Positions 19,959-30,439 of a DNA stretch of 64,000 bases are shown piece by piece. The notes under the pieces were generated by a model that was not told the origin of the DNA, searched no databases, and worked only from the letters and a program-made list of their open reading frames with translations. The number at the start of each line of letters is the position of its first letter. Position 1 is the stretch's first letter. This DNA comes from an uncultured Candidatus Entotheonella sp. (GTDB taxonomy: Bacteria > Tectomicrobia > Entotheonellia > Entotheonellales > Entotheonellaceae). Where the stretch lies: positions 2,080,001-2,144,000 of the forward strand of contig OZ244252.1 in NCBI GenBank assembly GCA_965217185.1, read 5' to 3'. A program made the translations under genes and the position numbers.

Positions 19959-21350
19959 ATGCCCATGATGGAATCAGAGTTCAAATGCTGGCCGCGGCGC
20001 TTTGCTGCGGCGTGTTTTGCCGGCGCCTTGGCACTGTTGTCGGTACAGGTCGTCGTCGCGGCCGAGCCGCTGCCATGCGCTGAGACGCCAGCGGTGGCCA
20101 CACACCACTACCTGCCCGCCAACGACAAGACGGTGCACTGGGGATACTTCAGCAAATCGTTGGCCCCGCGGTTGGTCATCCATTCGGGAGATATCGTCAC
20201 CGTGGAGACGCTGACCCATCATGCCGGGGATGACTTGGATCGCATGGTCAAAGGCGACCCGGGTGCGGAGAGCGTCTATCATTGGACCGCCGACGAGAAG
20301 AACGTCAAGCGCCGGGGGGCCGGACCGCTGGACGCATCGGTCTATGGCCGTGGCGCCGGTGAAGGGTTCGGTGTCCACATTCTCACCGGGCCCATTTATG
20401 TGTGCGGTGCGGCTCGTGGCGACATCGTTGAGGTTCGTATCCTCGACGTGCAACCGCGGCCGTCCGGAAATCCGAAGTATCGCGGCAAATCCTTCGGCAG
20501 CAATGCGGCGGCGTGGTGGGGCTACCACTATCAGGACCTCATCGAGGAGCCCAAGCCGCGTGAAGTGATTACGATTTACGAGGTAGACACGGCTGGCAGC
20601 AAGAACTGGGCGAAGGCGGTCTACAACTTTCGCTGGGTGCCCCAGGTCGACCCGTTCGGCGTGGTGCACGAAATCATCGACTACCCCGGGGTGCCGGTCG
20701 ACCACAGTCTCGTCACCGAGCAGCACGGCGTCTTGAAAGGCGTTCGCGTGCCCATTCGGCCCCATTTCGGTGTCATCGGTCTCGCACCGGACGAAGCCGA
20801 CATCGTCGACTCCATCCCGCCGAGTTCTTTCGGCGGGAACATTGACGACTGGCGCATCGGCAAAAATGCCACGATGTACTATCCGGTCGCTGTTGACGGT
20901 GGCCTGTTGTCGCTGGGTGATTCACACGCCGCGCAGGGTGATTCCGAACTCGCCGGCACGGCCATCGAAATGTCTCTCACCGGCATCATTCAGATCGCCG
21001 TTCACAAGCAGGAAAATCTGCCGGGCACCGACCTGGAGGCACTTTATTACCCCCTCCTCGAAACCCCGGATGCCTGGGTGGTGCACGGTTTCAGCTTTGC
21101 CGACTACCTGGTTGAACTCGGTGACAAAGCCCAACAGGAAATCTACAGCCAATCGTCGGTGGACAAGGCAATGCGCGATGCCTTCCGCAAGATGCGCCAC
21201 TTCCTGATGACCACCCGAGGTCTCAGCGAAGATGAAGCCATCTCGCTCTTGTCCGTGGCGGTAGACTTTGGCATCACCCAGGTCGTGGACGGCAATTGGG
21301 GCGTTCACGCGACCATCAACAAGGCGGTCTTCGCCGGGGACCGCGAGTAA
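19959..21350 (+). CDS. Acetamidase/formamidase family protein with a signal-peptide-like N-terminus
   Basis: TVHWGYF, HILTGPI, FGGNIDD, GDSHAAQGDSEL, QVVDGNWGVH. Confidence 0.9.
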   Translation: MPMMESEFKCWPRRFAAACFAGALALLSVQVVVAAEPLPCAETPAVATHHYLPANDKTVHWGYFSKSLAPRLVIHSGDIVTVETLTHHAGDDLDRMVKGDPGAESVYHWTADEKNVKRRGAGPLDASVYGRGAGEGFGVHILTGPIYVCGAARGDIVEVRILDVQPRPSGNPKYRGKSFGSNAAAWWGYHYQDLIEEPKPREVITIYEVDTAGSKNWAKAVYNFRWVPQVDPFGVVHEIIDYPGVPVDHSLVTEQHGVLKGVRVPIRPHFGVIGLAPDEADIVDSIPPSSFGGNIDDWRIGKNATMYYPVAVDGGLLSLGDSHAAQGDSELAGTAIEMSLTGIIQIAVHKQENLPGTDLEALYYPLLETPDAWVVHGFSFADYLVELGDKAQQEIYSQSSVDKAMRDAFRKMRHFLMTTRGLSEDEAISLLSVAVDFGITQVVDGNWGVHATINKAVFAGDRE

Positions 21351-21394
21351 GCGGCCGATAAGACAACCTTTGCTATGTATGCTATAGTGCAATT

Positions 21395-23230
21395 ATGGCA
21401 TATATAGCAATTACACCCATCGGCTCTACCCTGCGCGCCATCCGCGCCAGCCTGGACCTCACGCAGCAGCAGCTCGCCGACCGGCTTGGCGTCTCGTTTA
21501 CGACCGTCAATCGCTGGGAAGGCGGCGTGACGGCGCCACAGCGGGCGGCGCGCATCGCCATCAACGCCCTGGCCGACGAGGCCGGCATCGACGTCGTCGC
21601 GTCGGCTGCGGACGAGACCGAATCCGCCGCACAGGTGACGCGCCGGCGTTCCCGGCGGCGACCCACCGTTCCCACCACCAAGCCCATGGAGCAGATGCTG
21701 TGGGACGCCGCCTGCTCCATTCGCGGTGAGAAAGACGCCGCGAAGTTCAAGGACTACCTGCTCCCTCTCCTCTTCCTCAAGCGCTTGTCGGATGTCTTTG
21801 ACGACGAAATCGCACGCCTGGCCGAAGAATACGGCGACCGGGCTGCCGCGCAAGAAATTGCCGAGAGCGACCACAAGCTCCTGCGCTTCTACCTGCCGCC
21901 GGAGGCGCGCTGGGCCATCCTCAGCGGCCGCGAGGCGTACGATTGGCCGCTCGACGGCCAGGGGCAAAGCACCCGCCCGCATGACGTCGGCGAGCACCTG
22001 ACCAAGGCGGTCCGCGCAGTCGTCCGCTATAACCCGTCGCTGTCCGGCGTCATCGACCTGTTGGACTTCGCCGCCGAACGCAACGGCGAGCGCGACGTCA
22101 ACCCGGCCAAGCTTGCCGCCGTCATCGAGACCTTTTCCGACCCCCGCTACCGACTCGGCCTCGCCGACGTGCAGCCCGACTTCCTGGGCCGCGCCTACGA
22201 ATACCTGCTGCGCAAGTTTGCGGAAGGCTCCGGCCAGAGTGCCGGCGAGTTTTTTACCCCCACCGAGGTCGGCTTCCTGATGGCCCACCTCCTGCGCCCG
22301 CGGCCCGGCGAAGCCTGCCACGATTACGCCTGCGGCTCGGCCGGGCTGCTCGTCAAGCTGCAACTCGTCGCCCGCGAGCTCGACCCCACCAGCCGCGTGC
22401 CGCTCAAGCTCTACGGCCAGGAGTTGCAGGCCGAGAGCTACGCCGTGGCCCACATGAACGCCGTCATCCACGACATGGACGTTGGGATTGAGCGCGGCGA
22501 CACGATGATCAACCCGAAGTTCAAGACCGCGACCGGCCGTATCGCCGCGCACGACGTCGTGGCGGCCAACCCGATGTGGAATCAGGACATCAACCCGGAC
22601 ATCTACGCCAACGACCCGTTCGACCGCTTCCGCGCCACCGGCGGTGTCACCACCGGCAAGGCCGATTGGGCCTGGCTGCAACATACCCTCGCCTGCCTGA
22701 ACGAGCGCGGCCGCGCCGCCGTGGTGCTCGACACCGGCGCGGTGACGCGCGGCTCCGGCGCCAAGCACGAGGACCGGGAGCGTAACATCCGCAAGTGGTT
22801 CGTCGACCGCGACCTCATCGACGGCGTCATCCTGTTGCCGGACAACCTCTTCTACAACACCAGCGCCGCCGGGGTGATCGTGGTGCTGTCGAAACGCAAG
22901 CCAGGAGCACGGAAGGACCGCATCGTGCTGCTCAACGCCAGCCGCCGGGTGCGCAAGGGGCGGCCCAAGAATTTCATCCCGGAGGAGGATATCCGGGTGA
23001 TTGCGGAGGCGTTCGCGGAGGGCGAGCCGGTGGAGGGAGAGGTTGCGGTCATTACGCGGGAGCAGGCGGCGGGGGCGGATTACAACCTGAGTCCGAGCCG
23101 GTGGGTAGGGCAGGCGGAAGTTGTCACTCACCGCCCGATTACGGAGATCATTGCCGAGATGCGGCGTCTCGATGAAGAGGCCCGCGAGGTCGATGCGCGC
23201 CTCACAGAGATGTTGGCACGACTGCAATAG
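21395..23230 (+). CDS. hsdM: Type I R-M methyltransferase with an N-terminal XRE HTH
   Basis: [48 protein letters not shown], motif IV ANPMW, YNLSPSR. Confidence 0.93.
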   Translation: MAYIAITPIGSTLRAIRASLDLTQQQLADRLGVSFTTVNRWEGGVTAPQRAARIAINALADEAGIDVVASAADETESAAQVTRRRSRRRPTVPTTKPMEQMLWDAACSIRGEKDAAKFKDYLLPLLFLKRLSDVFDDEIARLAEEYGDRAAAQEIAESDHKLLRFYLPPEARWAILSGREAYDWPLDGQGQSTRPHDVGEHLTKAVRAVVRYNPSLSGVIDLLDFAAERNGERDVNPAKLAAVIETFSDPRYRLGLADVQPDFLGRAYEYLLRKFAEGSGQSAGEFFTPTEVGFLMAHLLRPRPGEACHDYACGSAGLLVKLQLVARELDPTSRVPLKLYGQELQAESYAVAHMNAVIHDMDVGIERGDTMINPKFKTATGRIAAHDVVAANPMWNQDINPDIYANDPFDRFRATGGVTTGKADWAWLQHTLACLNERGRAAVVLDTGAVTRGSGAKHEDRERNIRKWFVDRDLIDGVILLPDNLFYNTSAAGVIVVLSKRKPGARKDRIVLLNASRRVRKGRPKNFIPEEDIRVIAEAFAEGEPVEGEVAVITREQAAGADYNLSPSRWVGQAEVVTHRPITEIIAEMRRLDEEAREVDARLTEMLARLQ

Positions 23231-23265
23231 GCGTGGATACTCAGGACCAAAGGAGGTAGGAAAGG

Positions 23266-23637
23266 ATGGGAGCGACACACGTAACGGTCAGGATTACGAA
23301 CCCCGCGGAGCCAGACAGGTTTTGGGAAGGGCTCTTTCTGGTTGACACCGGAGCCACCGATTCCCTGGTGCCCAGGCCGCACCTGGAAGCCATCGGTCTT
23401 GAACCCAGAGGGCAGAGGGTATACGAACTGGCTGATGGGAGCGAACTCGTCCTGGACGTCACGGTTGCGGAAATCGAGTTCATGGGCGAGATCGTTGGCG
23501 GAACCATCATCATGGGAGCGGACGATGCGGAACCGCTGCTGGGCGTGACGGCATTGGAATCCGTCGGTATTGAGGTGGACCCGCTGAATCAGCGGTTGAA
23601 GAGACTGCCGGCCGTGCGGCTCAAAGGTTTGGCGTGA
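23266..23637 (+). CDS. Clan AA (retropepsin-like) aspartic protease
   Basis: FLVDTGATD and EPLLGVTALES motifs. Confidence 0.85.
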   Translation: MGATHVTVRITNPAEPDRFWEGLFLVDTGATDSLVPRPHLEAIGLEPRGQRVYELADGSELVLDVTVAEIEFMGEIVGGTIIMGADDAEPLLGVTALESVGIEVDPLNQRLKRLPAVRLKGLA

Positions 23638-24887
23638 CGACAAGGGAAACCATCCGTCTTACGGACCTGTGCGACCTGATTGCAGACCCGGTAAGGCCCG
23701 GCACACTGCCGGAAGCGCTCTATCTGGGACTTGAGCACCTAGCCTCGGGGCGACTCGTCCCCATCGGTGGCGGGTTGTCTTCAAACGTGCGAAGCACGAC
23801 CTCGGCCTTCCAACCCGGCGACGTCCTGTACGGCAAGCTCCGCCCTTACTTGAACAAGGCCGTCCTGGCTAAGGAGGCGGGCGTCTGCACGACGGAGTTG
23901 CTGGTGCTCCGGCCCAAAGAGGACGTGGACCCGAGGTTCCTTGCCGCAGTCGTCCATTCGCCACGCTTTGTCAAATATACCATCGCGGGTACGACAGGTG
24001 TCCAACACCCTCGGACGTCATGGGCGCACGCATGTGGATTTGAGGTGCCTGCATTCACGTTCGATGAACAACAACGGATTGCCGACATCCTTTGGCTTGT
24101 ACATGGGGCAATCGGACTATCAGAGGCATTGGTTGAAGAAGGCCAAGCCCTGAAACGCGCTGCGATGCGAACGCTGTTCACGCGCGGCCTGCGGGGTGAG
24201 GCACAGAAGGAAACGGAGATTGGCAGGGTGCCGGCGAGTTGGACGGTTGGACATCTAGGCCAGTTCGCTGACGTGATCTCGAGTAGGATGACCTATGCGG
24301 AATTGGAAAGCATAGAGCAGTCCGTTATCCATGACCCGGTAAAGGTTCTCGGGATTAAGGTCGCTGATATGAACCTGCCCGGCAACGAGGTTGAATTGAA
24401 GACCGCTGTCCTCGACAGGATTGTAGATAAGAGAACCGTCGAGTATCGCTGCGCACCACCTCACACGATCATCTTTCCCAAACGGGGAGCCGCGATTGCA
24501 ACGAACAAGAAACGGATATCGGCTGAGTGGACCGCTTTCGACCCTAATGTGATAGGGGTCGTTGCAAGAAACCGTATTGACCAAGATTTTCTGTTTCAAT
24601 GGTTCCAGATGTTTGACCTTCGGGCGATCACGGAGCTTGGCCCCACACCGCAACTCAACAAGAAGGATTTGTTACCGATCAACATTCCGGTTCCGTCATC
24701 CCTTGACGAACAACGTGAAATTGTCGCCATCCTTGACGCCATCGACCGCAAGATCGACCTGCACCGCCGCAAGCGTGCGGTGCTCGACGACCTATTCAAG
24801 GCGCTGCTACATAAGCTGATGACAGGCGAAATTCGAGTCGCCGACCTTGACCTTTCAGAGACAACGCACACACCTTGGAGCAATTGA
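23634..24887 (+). CDS. hsdS: Type I R-M specificity subunit
   Basis: YGKLRPYLNK, EQQRIA, LFTRGLRGEAQKETEIGRVP, EQREIVAIL, LLHKLMTGEIRV. Confidence 0.93.
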   Translation: MTTRETIRLTDLCDLIADPVRPGTLPEALYLGLEHLASGRLVPIGGGLSSNVRSTTSAFQPGDVLYGKLRPYLNKAVLAKEAGVCTTELLVLRPKEDVDPRFLAAVVHSPRFVKYTIAGTTGVQHPRTSWAHACGFEVPAFTFDEQQRIADILWLVHGAIGLSEALVEEGQALKRAAMRTLFTRGLRGEAQKETEIGRVPASWTVGHLGQFADVISSRMTYAELESIEQSVIHDPVKVLGIKVADMNLPGNEVELKTAVLDRIVDKRTVEYRCAPPHTIIFPKRGAAIATNKKRISAEWTAFDPNVIGVVARNRIDQDFLFQWFQMFDLRAITELGPTPQLNKKDLLPINIPVPSSLDEQREIVAILDAIDRKIDLHRRKRAVLDDLFKALLHKLMTGEIRVADLDLSETTHTPWSN

Positions 24888-24894
24888 ACACCCT

Positions 24895-26073
24895 ATGGAG
24901 GCGACAACACGTCCCTTATTCGCTCTCTATGTTGTCTGGCATCCCTCGAATGCGAGCGGTGCCGAAGTAGCAGAACTCCTTCGCAGGCATTTTGGTCACG
25001 ACCGCCATCGAAACGTTGCCGGGAATCCTGGGGTGAGTGTCCTCTACCGTAGTGAAATCGTACCTGCCGGTATTGCGCCGCTGGCCATCGACTGGGAGGA
25101 AGCAGAAACCACCGCAGTCGTCGTGCTGGTGGACTCGGCGCTTGCCGGCGACGAGGGATGGTCGAATTATGTCCGTGAACTATCCCGGAACGCACGGACG
25201 AGAGGGCGCCTGCTCGCCCGCCTTTTTCCCGTGGTGATGGATTCCGGCGGTCGTGAACTCCAGCTTGAGGAGCAGGCGTTGCGCCGGGACCGCTGGGAGG
25301 GATCGAGTGCGGAGAAGGGACAGCGCCTCGTCAGCGAACTCACCTATGAATTCAGCCGGATGCTGCGGCATCGTCTTGATCTACGCCGCCGACCCGAAAT
25401 AGCAGAGGCGCCTTTTCCGGAATACTTGAACAAGTTCCAGGTATTTATCAGTCATTCGAAGCATGACGACGACGGCGAATCTGTCGCACGAAGTAGCCGT
25501 GACTGGCTGCACGAGAACACTGCCTTGTCCAGCTTTTTCGATGTCTACGACATCCCCGCCGGGTTGTCCTTCCGCGAGGTTATACCGCATCAGGTCGAAA
25601 CCAGTGCCGTCGTGGTGTTGCACACGGATTCCTATTCATCCCGCGAGTGGTGCCGTCGAGAAGTCATCGAGGCCAAACGCCGCCATGTTCCAATGATCGT
25701 CGTCGATTGTCTGCGCGAAATTGATCAGCGTAGCATTCCATACATGGGCAACGTACCGGTCGTCAGGATGAGCCCGGATCAGCGAGACCGGATTGGCATC
25801 TTCACCGGACACCTGCTTGACGAAGTATTCCGAACCTATCTGTGGCGCTGCCGCGTTGCGCCATTTCGTGAGGCGTATCCCAGCGTGTTGTTCACGGCCC
25901 GGCCGCCTGAGCTAATCTCGCTGGCGACGCTGCCCGTTCAGCAGAGCGAGGCCGGCTCGGCGATCGCGTACCCTGAGCCGCTCTTGGGCACAGACGAGGC
26001 GCGGCTATTCTCAGAAATTGCGCCTGAGGTGCCTGTACTGACGCTGACCGAGTGGATGGAGGAAAACCAATGA
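24895..26073 (+). CDS. TIR domain protein (degenerate N-terminal domain plus TIR_2)
   Basis: VFISHSKHD, FFDVYDIPAG, SYSSREWCRREV (catalytic Glu). Confidence 0.85.
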   Translation: MEATTRPLFALYVVWHPSNASGAEVAELLRRHFGHDRHRNVAGNPGVSVLYRSEIVPAGIAPLAIDWEEAETTAVVVLVDSALAGDEGWSNYVRELSRNARTRGRLLARLFPVVMDSGGRELQLEEQALRRDRWEGSSAEKGQRLVSELTYEFSRMLRHRLDLRRRPEIAEAPFPEYLNKFQVFISHSKHDDDGESVARSSRDWLHENTALSSFFDVYDIPAGLSFREVIPHQVETSAVVVLHTDSYSSREWCRREVIEAKRRHVPMIVVDCLREIDQRSIPYMGNVPVVRMSPDQRDRIGIFTGHLLDEVFRTYLWRCRVAPFREAYPSVLFTARPPELISLATLPVQQSEAGSAIAYPEPLLGTDEARLFSEIAPEVPVLTLTEWMEENQ

Positions 26074-26900
26074 GGGTTCAGAACACCGAGGCGACATCGA
26101 GTGTAGCCATTTCGATATCTGAAAGCCCCGACATGGCCGTACTCGGATTGAGCGATGAGCATCTGCAAGATGCGATGGCCGAACTTGCATTGGCTCTACT
26201 CTCTTCAGGAACGAGTCTGGCATACGGGGGCGACCTGCGCGCGCACGGCTTTACCGAGTTGCTGTTTGAACTGCTCATGCGATATCAGGGCCACCCGCAC
26301 CACAGTGGCAAGATTAGTGTGACCGATTACTTGGCGTGGCCCGTGCACATTCGGATGACGGCGGGTGACCTGGCCGCGTTCTCGTCCGGGCACGAAGGGG
26401 CTGTGCGCCTCGTCTTTCTTGCACGGGATGGCAGTCGATTGGAGCAGGAACAACGATTGAAACTCCCGTCGCATGAACCGGATGATGACGAGTGGGCCGA
26501 AGGGCTAACCAGGATGCGGGTCGTCATGCGACAGGAAACCCAGGCGCGCATCGTGCTTGGCGGCAGGGTGGCGGGCTACAAGGGACGTATGCCGGGCATC
26601 GCCGAGGAAACGCTTTTGTCCCTTCAGGCGCATCAGCCGGTATTTTTGCTCGGCGGCTTCGGGGGCTGCACCCGCGACATCGCGGAGACTATCGGGCTTG
26701 TAGAGCGATGGGCTGGTTCACGTGGGGAGGCCTGGAGCGGCCGCCCGCGCTTTAAGCATTACTCACCAGGGGACCTGCACAACGGGCTATCGGACGAGGC
26801 CAATGCCGTTCTCGCCCGCACGCCGCATATCGACCAAGCCGTGGTTTTGGTCATGGGCGGTCTGAACCAATTGCGCAGAGATACAGGGAAAACGGACTAA
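26070..26900 (+). CDS. Stand-alone SLOG (LD-cluster-type) protein
   Basis: VAISISES, LAYGGDLR, LTRMR, RIVLGG...GRMPGIAEE, FLLGGFGGC; ATGA overlap with the TIR gene. Confidence 0.75.
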   Translation: MRVQNTEATSSVAISISESPDMAVLGLSDEHLQDAMAELALALLSSGTSLAYGGDLRAHGFTELLFELLMRYQGHPHHSGKISVTDYLAWPVHIRMTAGDLAAFSSGHEGAVRLVFLARDGSRLEQEQRLKLPSHEPDDDEWAEGLTRMRVVMRQETQARIVLGGRVAGYKGRMPGIAEETLLSLQAHQPVFLLGGFGGCTRDIAETIGLVERWAGSRGEAWSGRPRFKHYSPGDLHNGLSDEANAVLARTPHIDQAVVLVMGGLNQLRRDTGKTD

Positions 26901-26955
26901 GATCGAGGAAAAAGGAGAATCAGAGCCATGGCAGATGAAACACGAAATGTCTTTA

Positions 26956-28195
26956 GGGCATCTCGAAAAATGCCTCGTGGATAGTCATAGATGGCGAGAG
27001 TGGCAATTCGCTGGCATGTCGGTGAGAAAATGAACTCGGCTGTCCAGGGGGACTGCCTCCCTGCAAGGAGGATTCGCCTTCCAATGAGGGCCTCCGGTGC
27101 ACCCTTCCGCACCGTTGGCGCTCAACTGGCGCTCGCAAGGCGTTGTAATTGAATCAGGCGACGCATGTTGTAGGCAAGGTTCTTAAGACCTATCCGCGCC
27201 CTCGCGCCCGTACGAGCCCGATGCTGCGAACCAACGTCCCGCCCATGTCGTTTTGCTGCGCCCCGAAGACATGCTCTACCCGTACCCGAAACCGTGAACG
27301 ACTCTGGTTGCCCGCCTTCTCCCAATCACGCAACGGACGGTTGCGATAGCCCTTGCGATGAATCCGACTCCTCAAACCCCTGGCCTTCAGCGTCGCTTCA
27401 ATGGCTTTCGACCGCTAGGCGCTGTCCGCCCAGACACCGCTTGCCGTGTTGTCCGACGTAAGCAACTCCTCAATCACTTGGCTGTCGTGCACCGCCGCAT
27501 CCGTCACCCGGTAACGCCGTATCAGCTTGTGCCGACGGTCGATGGTGACGTGATTCTTGTAGCCATAGTGGCTCTTGCCGTGCTTCTTCGTCCAGCGCGC
27601 ATCCCTGTCCTTTTGTCGACGCTTGGCTGGCTTGTCAGCCCAGGCCTCAGGTGTCTCACCCCGTTTGATCTGCTCATTGTCGTCACGACGATTGCGTTGC
27701 ATGGGAACCGCGACAATCGAAGCATCGATGATCTGGCCACCCATCGCCTGGTAGCCCTGGCTTTTCAGGTAGCCGTCGAAATCCTCGAACAAGGCATCGA
27801 TGAGGCCGGCCTGTGACAACTGTTCGCGGTAGAGCCACACCGTCTTGGCATCGGGCACCTTGTCTTCGAGTGTCAAGCCCAAGAAGCGCACAAAGGAGGG
27901 CGCACAAAATGATGGCCTTGAACATGACGATGGCATCCCACGGCTTGCACCCCGCATTGGACTTGCGCTTGTCGGCTGGCTTGCGCCAGACTCTCTCCAG
28001 GCGGCTGCGGAACGCTTCCCACGGAACGGCAGCGTTGACCTTCACCAGGGGATCGTTTTTGGCGTCCAGAGCGGCGTAGCGATTCTCGATATCGAAAAAG
28101 CCCATCTGAGCCATGTTGCACTCCTCCGGCCTTGTTGGTTGACGTGTTTCAGTGATTCTAAACCACGTGGGAGATGGGTATTATTAGAGATGCCC
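26956..28195 (-). mobile_element. IS5-family element, 1240 bp, with a decayed transposase
   Basis: Terminal IRs GGGCATCTCGAAAAATGCC and GGGCATCTCTAATAATACC; TTTA duplicated at 26952-26955 and 28196-28199; transposase motifs VPDAKT, IIDAS, YGYKNH, RVRVEHVFG. Confidence 0.92.
27122..28114 (-). pseudogene. IS5 transposase pseudogene
   Basis: Split over four ORF fragments: frameshift or deletion near 27900, TAG at 27415 (WADSA*), frameshift near 27195. Confidence 0.85.
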
Positions 28196-28658
28196 TTTAT
28201 AAGTCATATCCATGAGAATGATGATGGTCTCATCAAGTTAAAGAATCTGCTCAAGGAAAACGGAATGACAGCCCGTGACTATTCGATCAGTGCAGATAAT
28301 CCCAATAACGCGCATTCGGAGGACTACATCAAGTTTCAGATCCTTGCTCCGCGCATTCAACAATCAGGTACCTTGGTTGTTTATGTTTCTCCAGAAACTA
28401 AAGACAGCCAGTGGGTAAATTGGGAAATTGAATACGCGCAAAAGCAGGGCAAACGTATAGTGGGAGTTTGGGCACACGGCGAAGCCGGCTGCGAAGTCCC
28501 CGATGCGTTGGACAAATATGCTGACGCTGTGGTGGGTTGGATAGGAAATCGTATCGTCGATGCGATAAATGGCGAAATCAACGATTGGGAAAATCCAGAT
28601 GGAACAAAATGCGCACCGCGCGTTATCCATCGCTTTAGCTGTCGGTAAGGAGGCATTG

Positions 28659-29272
28659 TTGAGACTCTTTTCCTATGTTGTAGCGCGAGACTATGGATTT
28701 GCGCCGAATCCATTTTACGGAATATGCAGCTTGGCCACCTGCAAGCCCGGAATTCGAAAGGCGGGGAGCGTTGGCGATTGGGTCGTTGGTACTGGAAGCA
28801 AGAAAAATAAACGGGGTGGATATCTCGTTTTCGCCATGCGCATAACAGAAACGGCGACATTCAACGACTATTGGCAAGACCAACGATTCCAATGCAAAAA
28901 GCCGAACCTGCGAGGAAGCAAGAAGCAGGCATTTGGCGACAACATCTATTTCAGGGGGGGGGGTTGTCAGGTCAGTGGCAGCAGCGTGACTCTCATCACA
29001 GTTACCGGAATGGTGTGCCAAATCAGCACAATATAAGAACTGATACTCAAGTAGACAGAGTTCTGCTGAGCGGGGAATACTCGTATTGGGGCGGTGCGGG
29101 GCCGAAAATTCCTGCAGAATTTAGAGACTGCGAGGGTCTCGACATTTGTTGTGGCTATCAGAACTACAAAAACAAATTCCCGGTGAGACTGGTCAGAGAA
29201 TTCGTTTCTTGGCTCATGTGTCTGGAACGTGGCTACTTGGGTTCGCCTTTGGACTGGTCACGGACACCCTGA
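28659..29272 (+). pseudogene. Nmad2-like (nucleotide-modification-associated) gene frameshifted at a G10 tract
   Basis: AGGAGG plus TTG start; SYVVARDYGFAPNPFYGICSLATCKPGIRK, GDNIY; continues in another frame (WQQRDSHHS...RVLLS...YWGG) after G10 at 28954-28963. Confidence 0.8.
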
Positions 29273-29323
29273 AACGGAGTCAGTCCCAACAATTAAGCCA
29301 ATCCTGAGAATGGAGAGAATCTG

Positions 29324-30439
29324 ATGCTTCTAAGCGATTATGCCCGGCAGGTAAAGTGCACCGATAGGTTGTCCTCTAACGATTTACAGCCGGTCCTCAT
29401 GGGCCTGTTTGGGGAGGTCGGTAGCATCATGGCAACCGCGAAGAAGCATCTGCGTGAGAAAAGCGCCTATGCAGGATACCGTCGGGCAGTGGAAGAGGAA
29501 TTCGGCGATGCACTTTGGTATTTCAACGCTCTATGCCAGCGACTTGGTGTCAGTATACAAGAGGTTCTGTCGGACGCTGTGAAGCAAGGCGGATACGATG
29601 AGAGTGTTGTCGCGAGCCACCTGCCAGACGGACCCATTGCTCATGTTTCATCGGCCAATTCACTACCGGCTGACAATCAGAACCTCATGAATCTTGGGAT
29701 AGCCGCTGCCGCGCTCCTTCATATCAAGGATAAGGAATCGACCGGCGAGACACGCGACTTGCTACGCGTCTTTGCGGACCGCTACTTGCAAGCTTTGCAG
29801 GCATCGACAATCGACTTTGCCAACGTTGTTCGCATGAACATTGACAAGACACGCGGGCGTTTTCTTCATACGGACCCCGAACATTTGCCAACGTTCGACA
29901 GTGAGTTCCCGGAAGAAGAGAGGCTTCCCCTATGCTTCGAAATCAGATTTAAGAAACGTAACAGCGGGAAGTGCCATCTCCAATGGAAAGGGGTATTTAT
30001 CGGCGATCCGCTGACAGACAACATCAGTAACCCAGATGGCTATCGATTTCACGATGTGTTTCATTTTGCCTATGCGGCAATTCTCCATTGGTCTCCTGTT
30101 TTCCGAGCGTTAATAAAGCAGAAGCGCAAGAGCGACCCGAAAGTCGATGAGGAGCAGGATGGCGGCCGCGCGATTGTTGTTGAGGAAGGGCTCACCGCTT
30201 GGATATTTGCACGTGCTAAAGACCTTGATTTATTTGCAGGGCAAGAAACCGTTTCCTTCGGTCTGCTAAAGGTCGTCCAGGAATTTGTGCAAGGCTACGA
30301 AGTAGAACGATGTCCCTTGAAGCTGTGGGAGCGAGCCATCCTGGATGGGTACGAAGCTTTCAGGCAGCTTCGTAAACACGAGGGTGGGGTCGTTGTGGGA
30401 AACCGTGAGGCGCGTACTATTGAGTACAAGGAAGAATGA
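29324..30439 (+). CDS. MazG-like NTP pyrophosphohydrolase with a MazG C-terminal domain
   Basis: GLFGEVGSI, EEEFGDALWY; IGDPLTDN, DGYRFHDVFH, WSPVFR, DGGRAIVVEEG. Confidence 0.85.
   Translation: MLLSDYARQVKCTDRLSSNDLQPVLMGLFGEVGSIMATAKKHLREKSAYAGYRRAVEEEFGDALWYFNALCQRLGVSIQEVLSDAVKQGGYDESVVASHLPDGPIAHVSSANSLPADNQNLMNLGIAAAALLHIKDKESTGETRDLLRVFADRYLQALQASTIDFANVVRMNIDKTRGRFLHTDPEHLPTFDSEFPEEERLPLCFEIRFKKRNSGKCHLQWKGVFIGDPLTDNISNPDGYRFHDVFHFAYAAILHWSPVFRALIKQKRKSDPKVDEEQDGGRAIVVEEGLTAWIFARAKDLDLFAGQETVSFGLLKVVQEFVQGYEVERCPLKLWERAILDGYEAFRQLRKHEGGVVVGNREARTIEYKEE

Larger units (their letters stand above)
26928..28648 (+). pseudogene. ThsB/MTH538-like TIR gene (158 aa when reconstituted) interrupted by IS5
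   Basis: Removing the IS and one TTTA joins 26928-26955 to 28200-28648 in frame: MADETRNVF-ISHIHENDD...SQWVNWEIEYAQKQGKRIVGV. Confidence 0.88.

Noticed and set aside
27415..27417. In-frame TAG in the IS5 transposase as pyrrolysine or readthrough
   Set aside because: It replaces the Tyr of the DSAY motif in a gene that has other lesions; simple decay
27845..28189. Long N-terminus of the 267-aa TIR ORF
   Set aside because: Lies inside IS5, antisense to the transposase
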